DNA of 64,000 nt, taken from Felis catus (taxonomy: Eukaryota). Shown in pieces: positions 13,221 to 25,028 of the stretch. The first letter of the stretch is position 1. Every line of letters begins with the position of its first letter. Below the pieces are notes generated by a model that saw only the letters and a program-made list of their open reading frames with translations, was not told where the DNA came from and made no database searches. The stretch lies in contig NC_058368.1 of the NCBI RefSeq assembly GCF_018350175.1, forward strand, positions 203,424,001 to 203,488,000, written 5' to 3'. Position numbers and translations under genes: made by a program.

Positions 13221-13794
13221 AATCCTTTTAAAAAACCTTTCTCAGACAAACAAGAACAGAAAAATTTACCACCAGCAGATACACTCCCAGAAGTTTTTCA
13301 AGGAGAAGGAAAATAACATAGGTCAGAAACTCAGATCTACATAAAGAAAGGAATGGAATCAATGAAAATAAAATAATCTTTTGTTCTTAATCTGTATGTG
13401 ACAGAATTTCAATTAATTAGCATAAGAATAATAACAAAGTATATAATTCCAAGCCAGTAAAGAGAAAAAAGAAGTGGAATGAAAAATAATGAAAACATAG
13501 TAATTTTAAAATGATAAAAAGTAATAAAGGACAAAATGGAAACAGAAAAATAAGGCAAAGTAGAACATTTTAAATAAATTATTGGGAACAAGTTGATATA
13601 AATTGTTACAATAAATATAGATAGAACAAACTTTCTGGTTAAAAGAAAGGTATTTTCAGGTTGCATTATACATATAAATTTAGCATTATTTACAATTTAA
13701 GGACAAAGAAATGTTGAAAGTTAAAAGAGTAAATAAAAGATATGAAGAAAATGCTACCTAAAATAAAGTGGTGTATCTATCCAGAGGTAGCCAA

Positions 13795-14200
13795 ACTGTA
13801 AGACTTGAGGGCACTCGAAACCACCAAATGTAAGATTTCTAAAACCAACTGTGAGTTTGGGGGCACTCAAATCTACACTTAATTTCCATAATTTGCTAGA
13901 ACTCACAGAATTTACCAAGAGCTATTATAGTCATATGTATGGTTTACTGAAGGGAAAGGATACATTAAAATCAGTGAAGAGAAGAAACACACAGGGCAGA
14001 ATCTGGGCAAGTTCCAAATGCAAAGCTCTGATTGTCATTGGGACACAGTACTCTACAGTACTGATGTACGACAATATAAACAGGGTATTGCCAACCCAAA
14101 ATTTCATCTCATCTTTGGTGTCCAGAGTTTTTACTGCAGCTTCATTACCTAGGCATGCGTACTTGACTGATTTCCCAAGTGCTTAAACTGACTCTCCAGG
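13795..14200 (+). mobile_element. ERVL-class LTR fragment (MER21-like)
   Basis: 'ataatttgctagaactcacagaa…aaaggatacattaaaatcag…cacagggcagaatctggg' resembles MER21. Confidence 0.55.
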
Positions 14201-14378
14201 CTTTCCTCATAATATTTATAGACAGGAAAAAATAAAATCTCCAAAGTTAGAAAAGAAAATAATCTCAGAGCTGAAGTTAATGTAAAAAAAATAAATAAAT
14301 AAAAACCTAATAGTAGGCTTAATCAAAGAAGAGTTGATTTTTTTAAAGAGTTGATTCTTTTTTAAAAAATGCAATTTA

Positions 14379-14592
14379 GGGGCGCCTGGGTGGCTCAGTC
14401 GGTTGAGCGTCGGACTTTGGCTCAGGTCATGATTTCAAGGTTCGTGAGTTCAAGCCCTGTGTAGGGCTCTGTGCTGACAGCTTGGAGCCTGGAGCCTGCT
14501 TCAGATTCTGTGTCTTCCTCTCTCTCTCTGCCCCTCCCCTGCTCACACGCTGTCAATTTCTCTCTCAAAAAATAAATAAACATCAAAAAAAA
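14379..14592 (+). mobile_element. Can-SINE
   Basis: Full body. Outer TSD aatgcaattta at 14368-14378 and 14834-14844. Confidence 0.93.
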
Positions 14593-14593
14593 A

Positions 14594-14816
14594 TTTTTTT
14601 TTAATTTTTTTTTCAACGTTTATTTATTTTTGGGACAGAGAGAGACAGAGCATGAACGGGGGAGGGGCAGAGAGAGAGGGAGACACAGAATCGGAAATAG
14701 GCTCCAGGCTCTGAGCCATCAGCCCAGAGCCTGACGCGGGGCTCGAACTCACGGACCGCGAGATCGTGACCTGGCTGAAGTCGGACGCTTAACCGACTGC
14801 GCCACCCAGGCACCCC
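14594..14816 (-). mobile_element. Young feline SINEC_Fc inserted into the tail of the preceding SINE
   Basis: Near-consensus reverse complement. TSD catcaaaaaaaa(a)ttttt. Confidence 0.95.
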
Positions 14817-15393
14817 CATCAAAAAAAATTTTTAATGCAATTTATACAAAACTTCAGTGTGATTAATTAAAAAGACAACAGATGAACAAATGTCAAAATC
14901 ATAAACAAATAAACATTAAACTTTTAAAAAGAATACACAAATACTATTGATGCATCTATAGCAATAAATTAAAAAACAAACAGAACTGATATTTTTAAAG
15001 AAATTCTGAGTAGCTCTGTAACTATAAAAGTAAATCCACAATTATAAATGTTCCGATAGACCAAACATCACTCCCAGGTAGTTTTACGAGTATTACCAAA
15101 TTTTCAAAGAACAGATTCTCTAATCTAACTTCTTACAGAAAGTAAATTAAGAAAGAACCCTCTCCATTCCATTCTATAAAGCTAATATAGCTCTGATAAC
15201 AAAATTAGCTATCTAAATTAAAAAATGTTAAAACTACAAATACACGTCACTCATGCATGAATATCATGAACATAGTATTTTCAAAAAAAATGTGTGTAAA
15301 GAAGCAATATTGCAATTAAGTTATATCTATCTTGGAAATGCAAGTAAGATTTAATATTTCCTAATATTTAATAATATCTATGAATGTTGATCA

Positions 15394-15582
15394 CAGAGCG
15401 TGAGCAGAGGAGGGGCAGAGAGAGAGGGAAGGGGCAGAGAGAGAGGGAGACACAGAATCAGAAGCAGGCTCCATTCTGACCTGTCAGCACAGAGCCCTAC
15501 GTGGGGTTCTAACCCACGAACCGTGAGCTCATGACCTAAGCCGAAGTTGGACGCTTAACTGACTGAGCCACCCAGGCGCCCC
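15394..15582 (-). mobile_element. Can-SINE lacking its tail, with an internal ~18 bp duplication
   Basis: 'ggggcagagagagaggga' occurs twice. The head ends 'cacccaggcgcccc'. Confidence 0.9.
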
Positions 15583-15621
15583 ATAAATGGAAATAAATGA
15601 ATTTAAAAAAAATGCAGTTTT

Positions 15622-15836
15622 GGGGCGCCTGGGTGGCGCAGTCGGTTAAGCGTCCGACTTCAGCCAGGTCACGATCTCGCGGTCCGTGAGTTCGAGCCCC
15701 GCATCAGGCTCTGGGCTGATGGCTCAGAGCCTGGAGCCTGTTTCCGATTCTGTGTCTCCCTCTCTCTCTGCCCCTCCCCCGTTCATGCTCTGTCTCTCTG
15801 TGTCCCAAAAATAAATAAACGTTGAAAAAAAAATTT
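15622..15836 (+). mobile_element. Young feline SINEC_Fc
   Basis: Near-consensus, with TSD aaaaaaaatgcagtttt. Confidence 0.95.
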
Positions 15837-16034
15837 AAAAAAAAATGCAGTTTTGTATGAGAAAAAAACAGAAGGTAAACAAAAATGTTTCCATATTTTT
15901 GTCAAAATAATGAACACTGTTGATTCATATAGTATACAAAAATTAGTTTAACCTTTCCAAAGAACAACTTGGTATTGACCTTAAAATTGTTCAAACACTC
16001 CTTAACACATTAATTTTACCTAGATGAAAAATAC

Positions 16035-16230
16035 AGGCTTTGGAATGGGTCAGTCCTTGGTTCAAATTCTGACTTCAACTCTTACTAGCTTTTTGACTCT
16101 GAGTATATAAAATAGGAAATTAATACCCACCTCACAGGTATTTTTGGAGAGATAAATGAGCTAATGTTTACAAAGGGCTTAGCTCAGGCTCAGACCTGTA
16201 GAAGGTGCTCAATAAATAGTCATTATCAAT
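16035..16230 (+). mobile_element. MIR
   Basis: 'ggctttggaat…ggttcaaattctgacttc…cttactagct…aatacccacctcacagg…taaatgagctaatg…gtgctcaataaatagt'. Confidence 0.7.
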
Positions 16231-16260
16231 TTTAAATTAAAAGTTCATCTTAAGATAACT

Positions 16261-16468
16261 GAGCCTGGGTGGCTCAGTCGGTTAAGCGTCCGACTTCAAC
16301 TCAGGTCACGATCTCGCGGTCCATGAGTTCGAGCCCCGTGTCGGGCTCTGTGCTGACAGCTCAGAGCCCGGAGCCTGTTTCAGATTCTGTGTCTCCCTCT
16401 CTCTCTGACCCTCCCCCGTTCATGCTCTGTCTCTCTCTGTCTCAAAAATAAATAAATGTTAAAAAAAA
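16261..16468 (+). mobile_element. Can-SINE (SINEC_Fc2-like)
   Basis: SINE body with TSD aagataact. Confidence 0.93.
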
Positions 16469-17977
16469 AAGATAACTATGAGGGATGTGCTTTAAAATAC
16501 ATTTTAATAGTCAACAGAGAATCAATTTATAATAACTGCCAAATAATCGAGATATAACAGGTAACAAATAGCTTAGATAGGCTTTTTTGTAGTCATCAAA
16601 ATAAGGAATATCTGCTGTCACTGGAAAATATTATTGTTGGGTCAATTAGAAAAACACACTTGTAATTATAAGTCCAAATTTTAGTATATTTTGTAAGTGT
16701 GTGTATACATACATATAAACTCAGTTGAAAACCTGAGGTGGTGAGGTGTGTAGGGATTTTGTTAGCATTTGTATTGATTCTGGGATATGAGATTTCTTAT
16801 TCATACACTGGGTTTTTTCCCCAAACATTAACAAAGATGAAATACTTCTTTTATAAATGAAGAAACATAATACCTATGCAGTAATTATACCTAAAAATAA
16901 TACTTTTCAAAGTATTAAAGTATTTTCTTGCCTGTCATTACATTTCTTTGTATCTTTTGGCATAAATATTTTAACTGGTTGTGATTCATCACTTATTTTT
17001 CTTTCATAGTATCACCTTACAGGGATAAACTTTCTGCTTGTTTCTGCGATACCAGATACAGACAGGGAGTCATTAAGCAAGTAACTGTGTAAAGATACCG
17101 TATCCTGGATTTAACATTTACTCCCATGACAGAATTATTCATGAGATTTAGCAGAGGAGGATCAATTTAGGTGAATTGATATTACTGAGAGAAAAGCTGC
17201 AATAAGTTTTCAGCCATTTCTCTGTTATTCTGGTATACAAATTATTTAAACATTGTCTCATTCACATTGTAAGATCCAATAGTAAAAATTTAAAAATAAA
17301 ATGTCGGATACAGCAATATATCTCAAAGTATATTCCTGCAGGCCAAAGTTTTAAAGAAAAATGTCTGCCTTTTAGTTCAATGAATTTATTAGAACACCTT
17401 TGTTTCTACTTTATGACTTGTATTTGGCTGAGAATATAACGGTGAGTGTGAGTGGAGTTTCTGCCCATTGGGATTTTTTTTTTTTTAGTCCGGAAACCAA
17501 CCCAATAGGACATTCAGTGTAGCTCAGAAAATGAAAATATCCTTCTCTCATAAGATCTAATAGTATTCACTTCATGTATTAAAGACTTTCAAAGTTTCGA
17601 GGGCATAAGAAACAGAGCTTGAATAATGTGGAGATGCCCAGCCCTCTCTCCAGAGACTTGGATACAGTAGATATGAAAAAAAGAACTATGAGTCTGCAGA
17701 TTTAACAAGAATTTACATATTTCTGACACAAATAATCTGCATTCCACACTTTGGAAAACATTAGCATCTGATGTAACCAGTACTTCTGAATTTTGCAAAA
17801 GCAGGAAGAGAATAGACGTTGATTTCAAATTCCTGAAAGCTCTTTCTGGTTTCCTGGAATGATTAAACAATAGTTGTCGGATTTAGATATAAATAGAACA
17901 TTACATAATTTAACGTATAATTTAAATTATACCACCACCTTGCTGGTGATTATAGCACAGAGACGAGTATGCCTCTG

Positions 17978-18344
17978 ATACAGACTGAATGGCTGTGCCC
18001 CCCCACCACCCCCGAAGTCATATGGTAAAACTAATGCCCAGTGTGATAGTATTTGGAAGTGGGACTTTGGGGAGGTGATTAGGTCAAGAGGGTGAAGCCT
18101 TCATGAATATAATTTATACTCTCATAAAAGCTCTCAGACCCGAGAGCCACCTTGCCTCTTCTGTCATGTGAAGGCACAAAAAGTTGGCTGCCTCTGAACC
18201 AAGAAGTGGGCTCTCACCAAACCCTGAATTTGCTGTGGCCCTGATCTCGGACCTCTTAGCCTTCAGAACCACGAGAAAGTGTTCATTGTTTACAAGCCAC
18301 CCAGTCTATAGTATTTTGCTATAGCAACTGGAACAGACTAAGGC
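17978..18344 (+). mobile_element. MaLR solo LTR (MLT1A0-like)
   Basis: 'gactgaatg…tgtgatagtatttggaagtgggactttggggaggtgattaggtc…tgctatagcaactggaacagactaaggca'. Confidence 0.82.
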
Positions 18345-19567
18345 AGCATCTGACTCCCCTTTTGAATGGGGCAGAAACCCACAGTGTCTGAGGTCAGAGT
18401 TGATTGGTACTACCAATGAAACACTGAAAAATCCAGCTGTGTTTTGGGTTCATCACACAACTTGAACCATTTTTCAAACCCTCTGGAGTCCGTAAAACTA
18501 AAAACTCATTTTGTCAAGCACTTTCACCCCTAATTTTTAAACCCATGTGTATTTTAAGAGAAATTTAATCCATATGTTTCTGATTCATTTATACTTAAAT
18601 CATCAAAATGTTGTTTTGTAAGAGCTATTTGATGTCCAAGGTTTTCTGAGCTTTGTAAACCTCTTGTCTTAGAAACAGAATGCTGTGTTGTGCCAGAGGT
18701 TTGGGTCCTGGTTGAAATGCCAAAACCAGGAGGTTTCAGTGGGTTCCACATTTACCACAGAAAGCTTCCTCTTTCGATCAGCACAACACAAGACGAAACC
18801 CCAGAGGCTGGCTGACACTATTCTCACTTTATCATCATGCTCTTTTCTCTTCATGTTGTAGGAATGTACTGAGGGGTCTGAAGTTTTGTTTGGTGTTTAT
18901 GAAGCTTATCCAGGAGGATGATTATACAAGGTTTCTGTAACCTTGGGGATTGCTCAAAGCTGTTTAATTACAATGCAAAGCCAAAAACACAGACTTTTGA
19001 AATTTAAAACATACATTCAGACAGAAAAACAAGTAGTTTACATTTCAAGAGGGACTCAATTCTTTTCAAAAGGTGTCCATCTATCTTTCCATTTTTTTTA
19101 TCTTTCCATTTTTAACTTCTTAACAGAAATATATTTAGACAAGGAAAGTTAACTGATACCTCTCTATAATTTTTATTTACAAATATGATCACTAATTTCA
19201 TGATATTAAATGTATGAATTCAATAAAAGTACATTTTCAAAATTATTTCCACTCAATGATTAGAATATTTTAGCAGGTTTTGAGGAAATAACATAACTCT
19301 TTAAAATCATTTAATAATCAGTTTTAGGACCTTGTAAAACACACGGCACTATGTGTTACATGAGCGATAAAACACAAATACATCTTAAAAGAATTAATGA
19401 TACAATTTTCTTTGAGTCATTTACTAATTGTTTTTTTAAGCACTTATAAAATACACCATAAAGTATTACCCAGATTTTAAACTATTGGCGTAGAGAACAT
19501 CCTGCTTCTTGTTTTTGAGACGCTTCGTGAGGAAAATCCAAGGTCACTTGGCTTGCGGTTTGGAGTC

Positions 19568-19794
19568 CTACAGGTTTTTCAATTTTCCTTCTCCCTTTGG
19601 CTGAACTTTTTGATAAAAATGAGACACTGGAGATTGTGAAACATGAATGGATTTCGTCCTTGAGTTTTGCATTTTAGTTACCCTTAAACCTTGACTTTCC
19701 AAAAGCTTGACGGATACTGTTAAGGCTTCAACCGATTTTAAGTGTTCAGTTTTATGATTTTTCTTTAATTGCTTATGTAACCTGCAGCCTTCTC
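19568..19794 (-). other. Candidate terminal coding exon (unconfirmed)
   Basis: Follows a weak acceptor (…gaatag|). Phase-1 frame with 74 sense codons, EGCRLHKQLKKNHKTEHLKSVEALTVSVKLLESQGLRVTKMQNSRTKSIHVSQSPVSHFYQKVQPKGEGKLKNL*. No repeat recognised, no homology recognised. Confidence 0.2.
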
Positions 19795-20295
19795 CTATTC
19801 ATTAAAATGGTTTTGCAAATAACTTAAGGCCTGTTGCTTTGACAAATAAAAACCAGGCTTATTATTCTGCCTATAATTGAACAATAATTACAATGTTGAT
19901 TATCTTTTGTTGGGCTTGCTTAATAACGCCCTAAGTAGTTTAGTGGGATTTATAGCTTCCAGGATTTGAACAAGAGGTCATAGAGGTCTTTACTTTTTGC
20001 CAGCTGACCTTTTGTTTGAGTTTAAATTAACTCAATTGGTGCTGCTTTTTATATCTGCTCTCAAAAGTCAGGCCTGTACATTATATAGACCTCTACAGGT
20101 GTCTAATAAATTTATTTTTATTTTTTATTAAAATTATATTTAAATATCTAGGTGATTTAAAAATAAGATGAACTGATGTTTATCACTGCAAACACAGTCA
20201 TGTAAATGACAGAACAGTTAGATCTGCCACATACTTCAATGAATATTTAACCGTTCTCTGCAAACTCTTATAAATATTGGTTGTTAAAATAGGCA

Positions 20296-20339
20296 TTTTT
20301 TTTCTTTTTTAAATAACTTTTGTTTTTAAGTTTCTTTAT

Positions 20340-20390
<51 letters not shown>

Positions 20391-20546
20391 AAGTGGGGGA
20401 GGGGGAGAGAGAGGGAGAAAGAGAATCCTAAGCAGGCTCCATACTGTCAGCACAGAGCCTGCTGAGGGGCTTGAACCCACAGACGGCAAGACCTGAGGCG
20501 AAATCGAGTTCCAACACTTAACCCCAAAGCCTTTTTTTGGTGCCCC
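20296..20546 (-). mobile_element. Can-SINE with a rearranged head
   Basis: T-rich tail, (GA)n tract and SINE body. The head is partly replaced by a copy of the flank. Confidence 0.88.
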
Positions 20547-21284
20547 AAAGCCTTTTTTTTTCCTATTCACCTTTCTATACTCTTAAATAAGGCTGTACCT
20601 ATGTTTGTTCTTTTCTTAAACAAAAACAAGTTCATAATAATTACATCTGATAATTATGAGCAAAGTCTAAATATTTGAAAAAAAAATCCTTGCCTTTCTC
20701 ATGTATTTTTATCTGCTTAGCCTGTGGAACAGGAAGAAAGGACTTTTATAATTAGTTTTAGGATTCATCCACCAGTGTGCTAAGTATCTGCCACGTACCT
20801 GGTTTTACAGAGATAAAGGAGATTGGTCCCTGCTGTCCATAAGTTCAGGGTCAAGACAAGAATATTGTTTTCTCCTTTCAGTATTATATATTTCCTTAGA
20901 CACAAATCCAAGTGTTTTCTGTCATATTACATAGCTTAGGCCTCCTAGGACAGGGGTTATAAATAATCATGACTCTTTGTAGAGGAGAAAGCAGTGTTTT
21001 ACCGTGCTATTATCTGTGGCTTTTCCCTGACTGAACAGCACCATCTCCCAGTGAGGGTCAATGCCTTTTTGGATGCTTAGGTCTCATGTGTCTGTTGGAA
21101 AATCAGCTCCTACCTTAGTTACCATCATCAGCAACCACCTCCTGCAGAGGTGGGCATATCACTGGATTTACTGCAATGAACGTACAATAGTCTGATCCCA
21201 AGGGTATGATACTTGCTCAGACAGCTTCAAATACAAATGTTTTTAACAGTGTGAGATGAAAAAGGAATACGGTTTAAAGGGTTC

Positions 21285-21500
21285 TGGACTTGGAATCAAA
21301 TGTTTTAGCATCAGCTTTACTAATTGTAGGTACGGGCAAATTTTTGATCCCTAAACCTGTGACCTTATCTGCAAAATGGGGACCATACTTATCTCGCAAG
21401 TTTTTGTCTGTGTTTGGCCAGGAGTAAGTGAGATTCATATAGGTGAAAGTTCAAGGCACCGTGTCTAGCATGCAGAAAGCAAGCATTAAACATTAATTGG
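21285..21500 (+). mobile_element. MIR
   Basis: 'tggactttggaatcaaa…ggcaaatttt…ttatctgcaaaatgggga…acttatctcgcaag…aagtgagattcatat'. Confidence 0.6.
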
Positions 21501-21815
21501 ATCAGAGCAGAAGGAAAGGATCTACCTATTCCTTTAAGCAACAAGTGTCGTGCACTCAGCTGTTTCCTGGAAAATGAAAAATGAGCAAGATGGCATTCCT
21601 GCTTTTGAAGAGTTCGGTTATATTTACTTGAGCCTAGGAACTAGACAGTTTCTGTATTGTTTGCTCATCTGTCACAAGCTTCATCTACCATAGCTTCCTC
21701 CATCCAGCTGGTCAGATCAACAGACAGGACTATTGCTGTCAATCGGGATAAAGAATTAGTTGCTGACAATCCCTTTGCATTTGTTCTGTCCAAGAGATTA
21801 GGCTCCAGAACTCTT

Positions 21816-21969
21816 TTTTTTTTTAACATTTTTTAAAATTTTTATTTAATTTGTTTTTTAAATTTACATCCAAGTTAGTCAGCATATAGTGCAACAATGA
21901 TTTCAGGAGTAGATTCCTTAATTCCCCTTACCCATTTAGCCCATCTTCCCTCCTACAACCCCTCCAGTA
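21816..21969 (-). mobile_element. Very short carnivore L1 3'-end insertion
   Basis: Poly-T followed by 'ttacatccaagttagtcagcatatagtgcaacaatgatttcaggagtagattc'. Perfect 17-bp TSD taggctccagaactctt at 21799-21815 and 21970-21986. Confidence 0.88.
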
Positions 21970-22041
21970 TAGGCTCCAGAACTCTTACACATGTTGTTGA
22001 AAATAAAGTGTTCTAATTTCCTAAGAATAAAAACAATATTA

Positions 22042-22058
22042 TTTTTTTCTTAATATTT

Positions 22059-22118
<60 letters not shown>

Positions 22119-22272
22119 ATGAGCAGGGGAGAGGGCCGAGAAACAGAGAGAATCTGAGGCAGGCTCAGGCTCTCAGCGCAGAGCCAGATGTGGGGCTAAG
22201 ACCCACGAGCAGTGAGATCATGACCTGAGTCGAAGTCGGATGCTTAACCGACTGAGCCACCCAAGTGCCCCC
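22042..22272 (-). mobile_element. Can-SINE with a long (GA)n tract
   Basis: Reverse-complement SINE body. Confidence 0.92.
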
Positions 22273-22501
22273 AAATACTATTTCTCTATAGAAAAACAGT
22301 ACTAGTTCTACTATTTATTTTCTGGGTAGGATTCACTTGGACAAATCTCTTCCTGTGTCTATATTTCTCATTTGATAAAGAATAGATTAGACGAATAGTT
22401 GCTAACATCCCTTCTAATTTCAACATTCTCTTTTTTATGATGCAGGCTACTGTTTTGAAAAATGAATCCTTCCCAGATAGGTGACTGGAGAAGACAAAGC
22501 A

Positions 22502-22705
22502 GGGGTACTTGGGTGGCTCAGTCGATTAAGTGTCCGACTCTTGATTTTGGCTCAGATCATGATCTCACAGTTTGTGGGTTCAAGCCCTGTCTCAGGCTCC
22601 ACGCTGACAGTGTGGGACCTGCTTCGATTTTCTCTCTCGTCCTCTCTCTCTGCCCCTCCCCTGTTTGTGATCTCTCACTCTCTCTCTCAAAATAAATAAA
22701 CTTGA
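22502..22705 (+). mobile_element. Can-SINE
   Basis: 'ggggtacttgggtggctcagtcgattaag…aaaataaataaac'. Confidence 0.92.
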
Positions 22706-23114
22706 AATTTTTTTAAGTTGAGAGTAGCCACAGTGTTGCTGCCAGTGCTCTAAATAATAAGCCTCTTTAGTATTCATAGTTATCTGTTAACTGAGAATGG
22801 AAAGTCACAACACATATATTTAAATTCTTTTCATACTGTTTTTTGCTGAGTTGTGGGTGATTACAGTGGTTTGGGGCACTTTCATCATTTGGGTTGCACA
22901 TTTCATATCCATGTTAATGCCTATTGTGAGTGCCTTTAATATTAAAATGCATACCAGCTCTGCAACTTATAATACATGTGACTAGGATAAAATATTTAAC
23001 ATTTAGAACCGCAAAATTTTTTTGCTTCTATAGAGCCAATAATACCAAACTAACAACACTTTTAAGACCTTATCACAGTGTCTAACATGAACCCAATAAA
23101 GTTTTTACATTTTT

Positions 23115-25028
23115 TTAAAATTTTCTTTTTCTTTTTCTTTTTTTTCAATATATGAAATTTATTATCAAATTGGTTTCCATACAACACCCAGTGCTCATCC
23201 CAAAAGGTGCCCTCCTCAACACCCATCACCCACCCTCCCCTCCCTCCCACCCTCCATCAACCCTCAGTTTGTTCTCAGTTTTTAAGAGTCTCTTATGCTT
23301 TGGCTCTCTCCCACTCTAACCTCTTTTTTTTTTTTCCTTCCCCTCTCCCATGGGTTTCTGTTAAGTTTCTCAGGATCCACATAAGAGTGAAACCATATGG
23401 TATCTGTCTTTCTCTGTATGGCTTATTTCACTTAGCATCACACTCTCCAGTTCCATCCACATTGCTACAAAGGGCCATATTTCGTTATTTCTCATTGCCA
23501 TGTAGTACTCCATTGTGTACATAAACCACAATTTCTTTATCCATTCATCATTTGATGGACATTTAGGCTCTTTCCATAATTTGGCTATTGTTGAGAGTGC
23601 TGCTATAAACATTGGGGTACAAGTGCCCCTATGCATCAGCACTCCTGTATCCCTTGGGTAAATTCCTAGCAGTGCTATTGCTGGGTCATAGGTAGGTCTA
23701 TTTTTAATTTTCTGAGGAACCTCCACACTGTTTTCCAGAGCGGCTGCACCAGTTTGCCTTCCCACCAACAGTGCAAGAGGGTTCCCGTTTCTCCATATCC
23801 TCTCCAGGATCTATAGTCTCCTGATTTGTTCATTTCGGCCACTCTGACTGGCGTGAGGTGATATCTGAGTGTGGTTTTGATTTGTATTTCCCTGATAAGG
23901 AGCGACGCTGAGCATCTTTTCATGTGCCTGTTGGCCATCCAGATGTCTTCTTTAGAGAAGTGTCTATTCATGTTTTCTGCCCATTTCTTCACTGGGTTAT
24001 TTGTTTTTCAGGTGTGGAGTTTGGTGAGCTCTTTATAGATTTTGGATACTAGCCCTTTGTCCGATATGTCATTTGTAAATATCTTTTCCCATTCCGTTGG
24101 TTGCCTTTTAGTTTTGTTGGTTGTTTCCTTTGCTGTGCAGAAGCTTTTTATCTTCATAAGGTCCCAGTAATTCATTTTTGCTTTTAATTCCCTTGCCTTT
24201 GGGGATGTGTCGAGTAAGAGATTGCTACGGCTGAGGTCAGAGAGGTCTTTTCCTGCTTTCTCCTCTAGGGTTTTGATGGTTTCCTGTCTCACATTCAGGT
24301 CCTTTATCCATTTTGAGTTTAGTTTTGTGAATGGTGTGAGAAAGTGGTCTAGTTTCAACCTTCTGCATGTTGCTGTCCAGTTCTCCCAGCACCATTTGTT
24401 AAAGAGGCTGTCTTTTTTCCATTGGATGTTCTTTCCTGCTTTGTCAAAGATGAGTTGGCCATACGTTTGTGGGTCTAGTTCTGGGGTTTCTATTCTATTC
24501 CATTGGTCTATGTGTCTGTTTTTGTGCCAATACCATGCTGTCCTGATGATGACAGCTTTGTAGTAGAGGCTAAAGTCTGGGATTGTGATGCCTCCTGCTT
24601 TGGTCTTCTTCTTCAAAATTACTTTGGCTATTCAGGGCCTTTTGTGGTTCCATATGAATTTTAGAATTGCTTGTTCTAGTTTCGAGAAGAATGCTGGTGC
24701 CATTTTGATTGGGATTGCATTGAATGTGTAGATAGCTTTGGGTAGTATTGACGTTTTGACAATATTTATTCTTCCAATCCATGAGCAGGGAATGTCTTTC
24801 CATTTCTTTATATCTTCTTCAATTACCTTCATAAGCTTTCTATAGTTTGCAGCATACAGATCTTTTACATCTTTGGTTAGATTTATTCCTAGGTATTTTA
24901 TGCTTCTTGGTGCAATTGTGAATGGGATCAGTTTCTTTATTTGTCTTTCTGTTGCTTCATTGTTAGTGTATAAGAATGCAACTGATTTCTGTACATTGAT
25001 TTTGTATCCTGCAACTTTGCTGAATTCG
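23115..25028 (-). mobile_element. Young feline L1 (L1_Fc-type), 5'-truncated to ~1.9 kb, ORF2 disrupted
   Basis: ORF2 C-terminal peptides '[16 protein letters not shown]', '[17 protein letters not shown]' and 'TLLHCWWE'. In-frame TGA at 24632-34 and 24008-10, and a frameshift near 23695. TSD aagtttttacatttt at 23099-23113 and 25030-25044. Confidence 0.96.

Larger units (their letters stand above)
14210..15360 (+). mobile_element. Old L1 ORF2 fragment, interrupted by SINEs
   Basis: 'ctcccaggtagttttac…taccaaattttcaaagaacag…ctccattcccattctataaagctaatatagctctgataacaaaa' resembles the L1 RT region. Confidence 0.55.

Noticed and set aside
23370..24832. Longest ORFs in the window (202 and 132 aa, among others) as a novel RT-associated gene
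   Set aside because: They are fragments of a standard L1 ORF2 in a 5'-truncated copy with stops and a frameshift.
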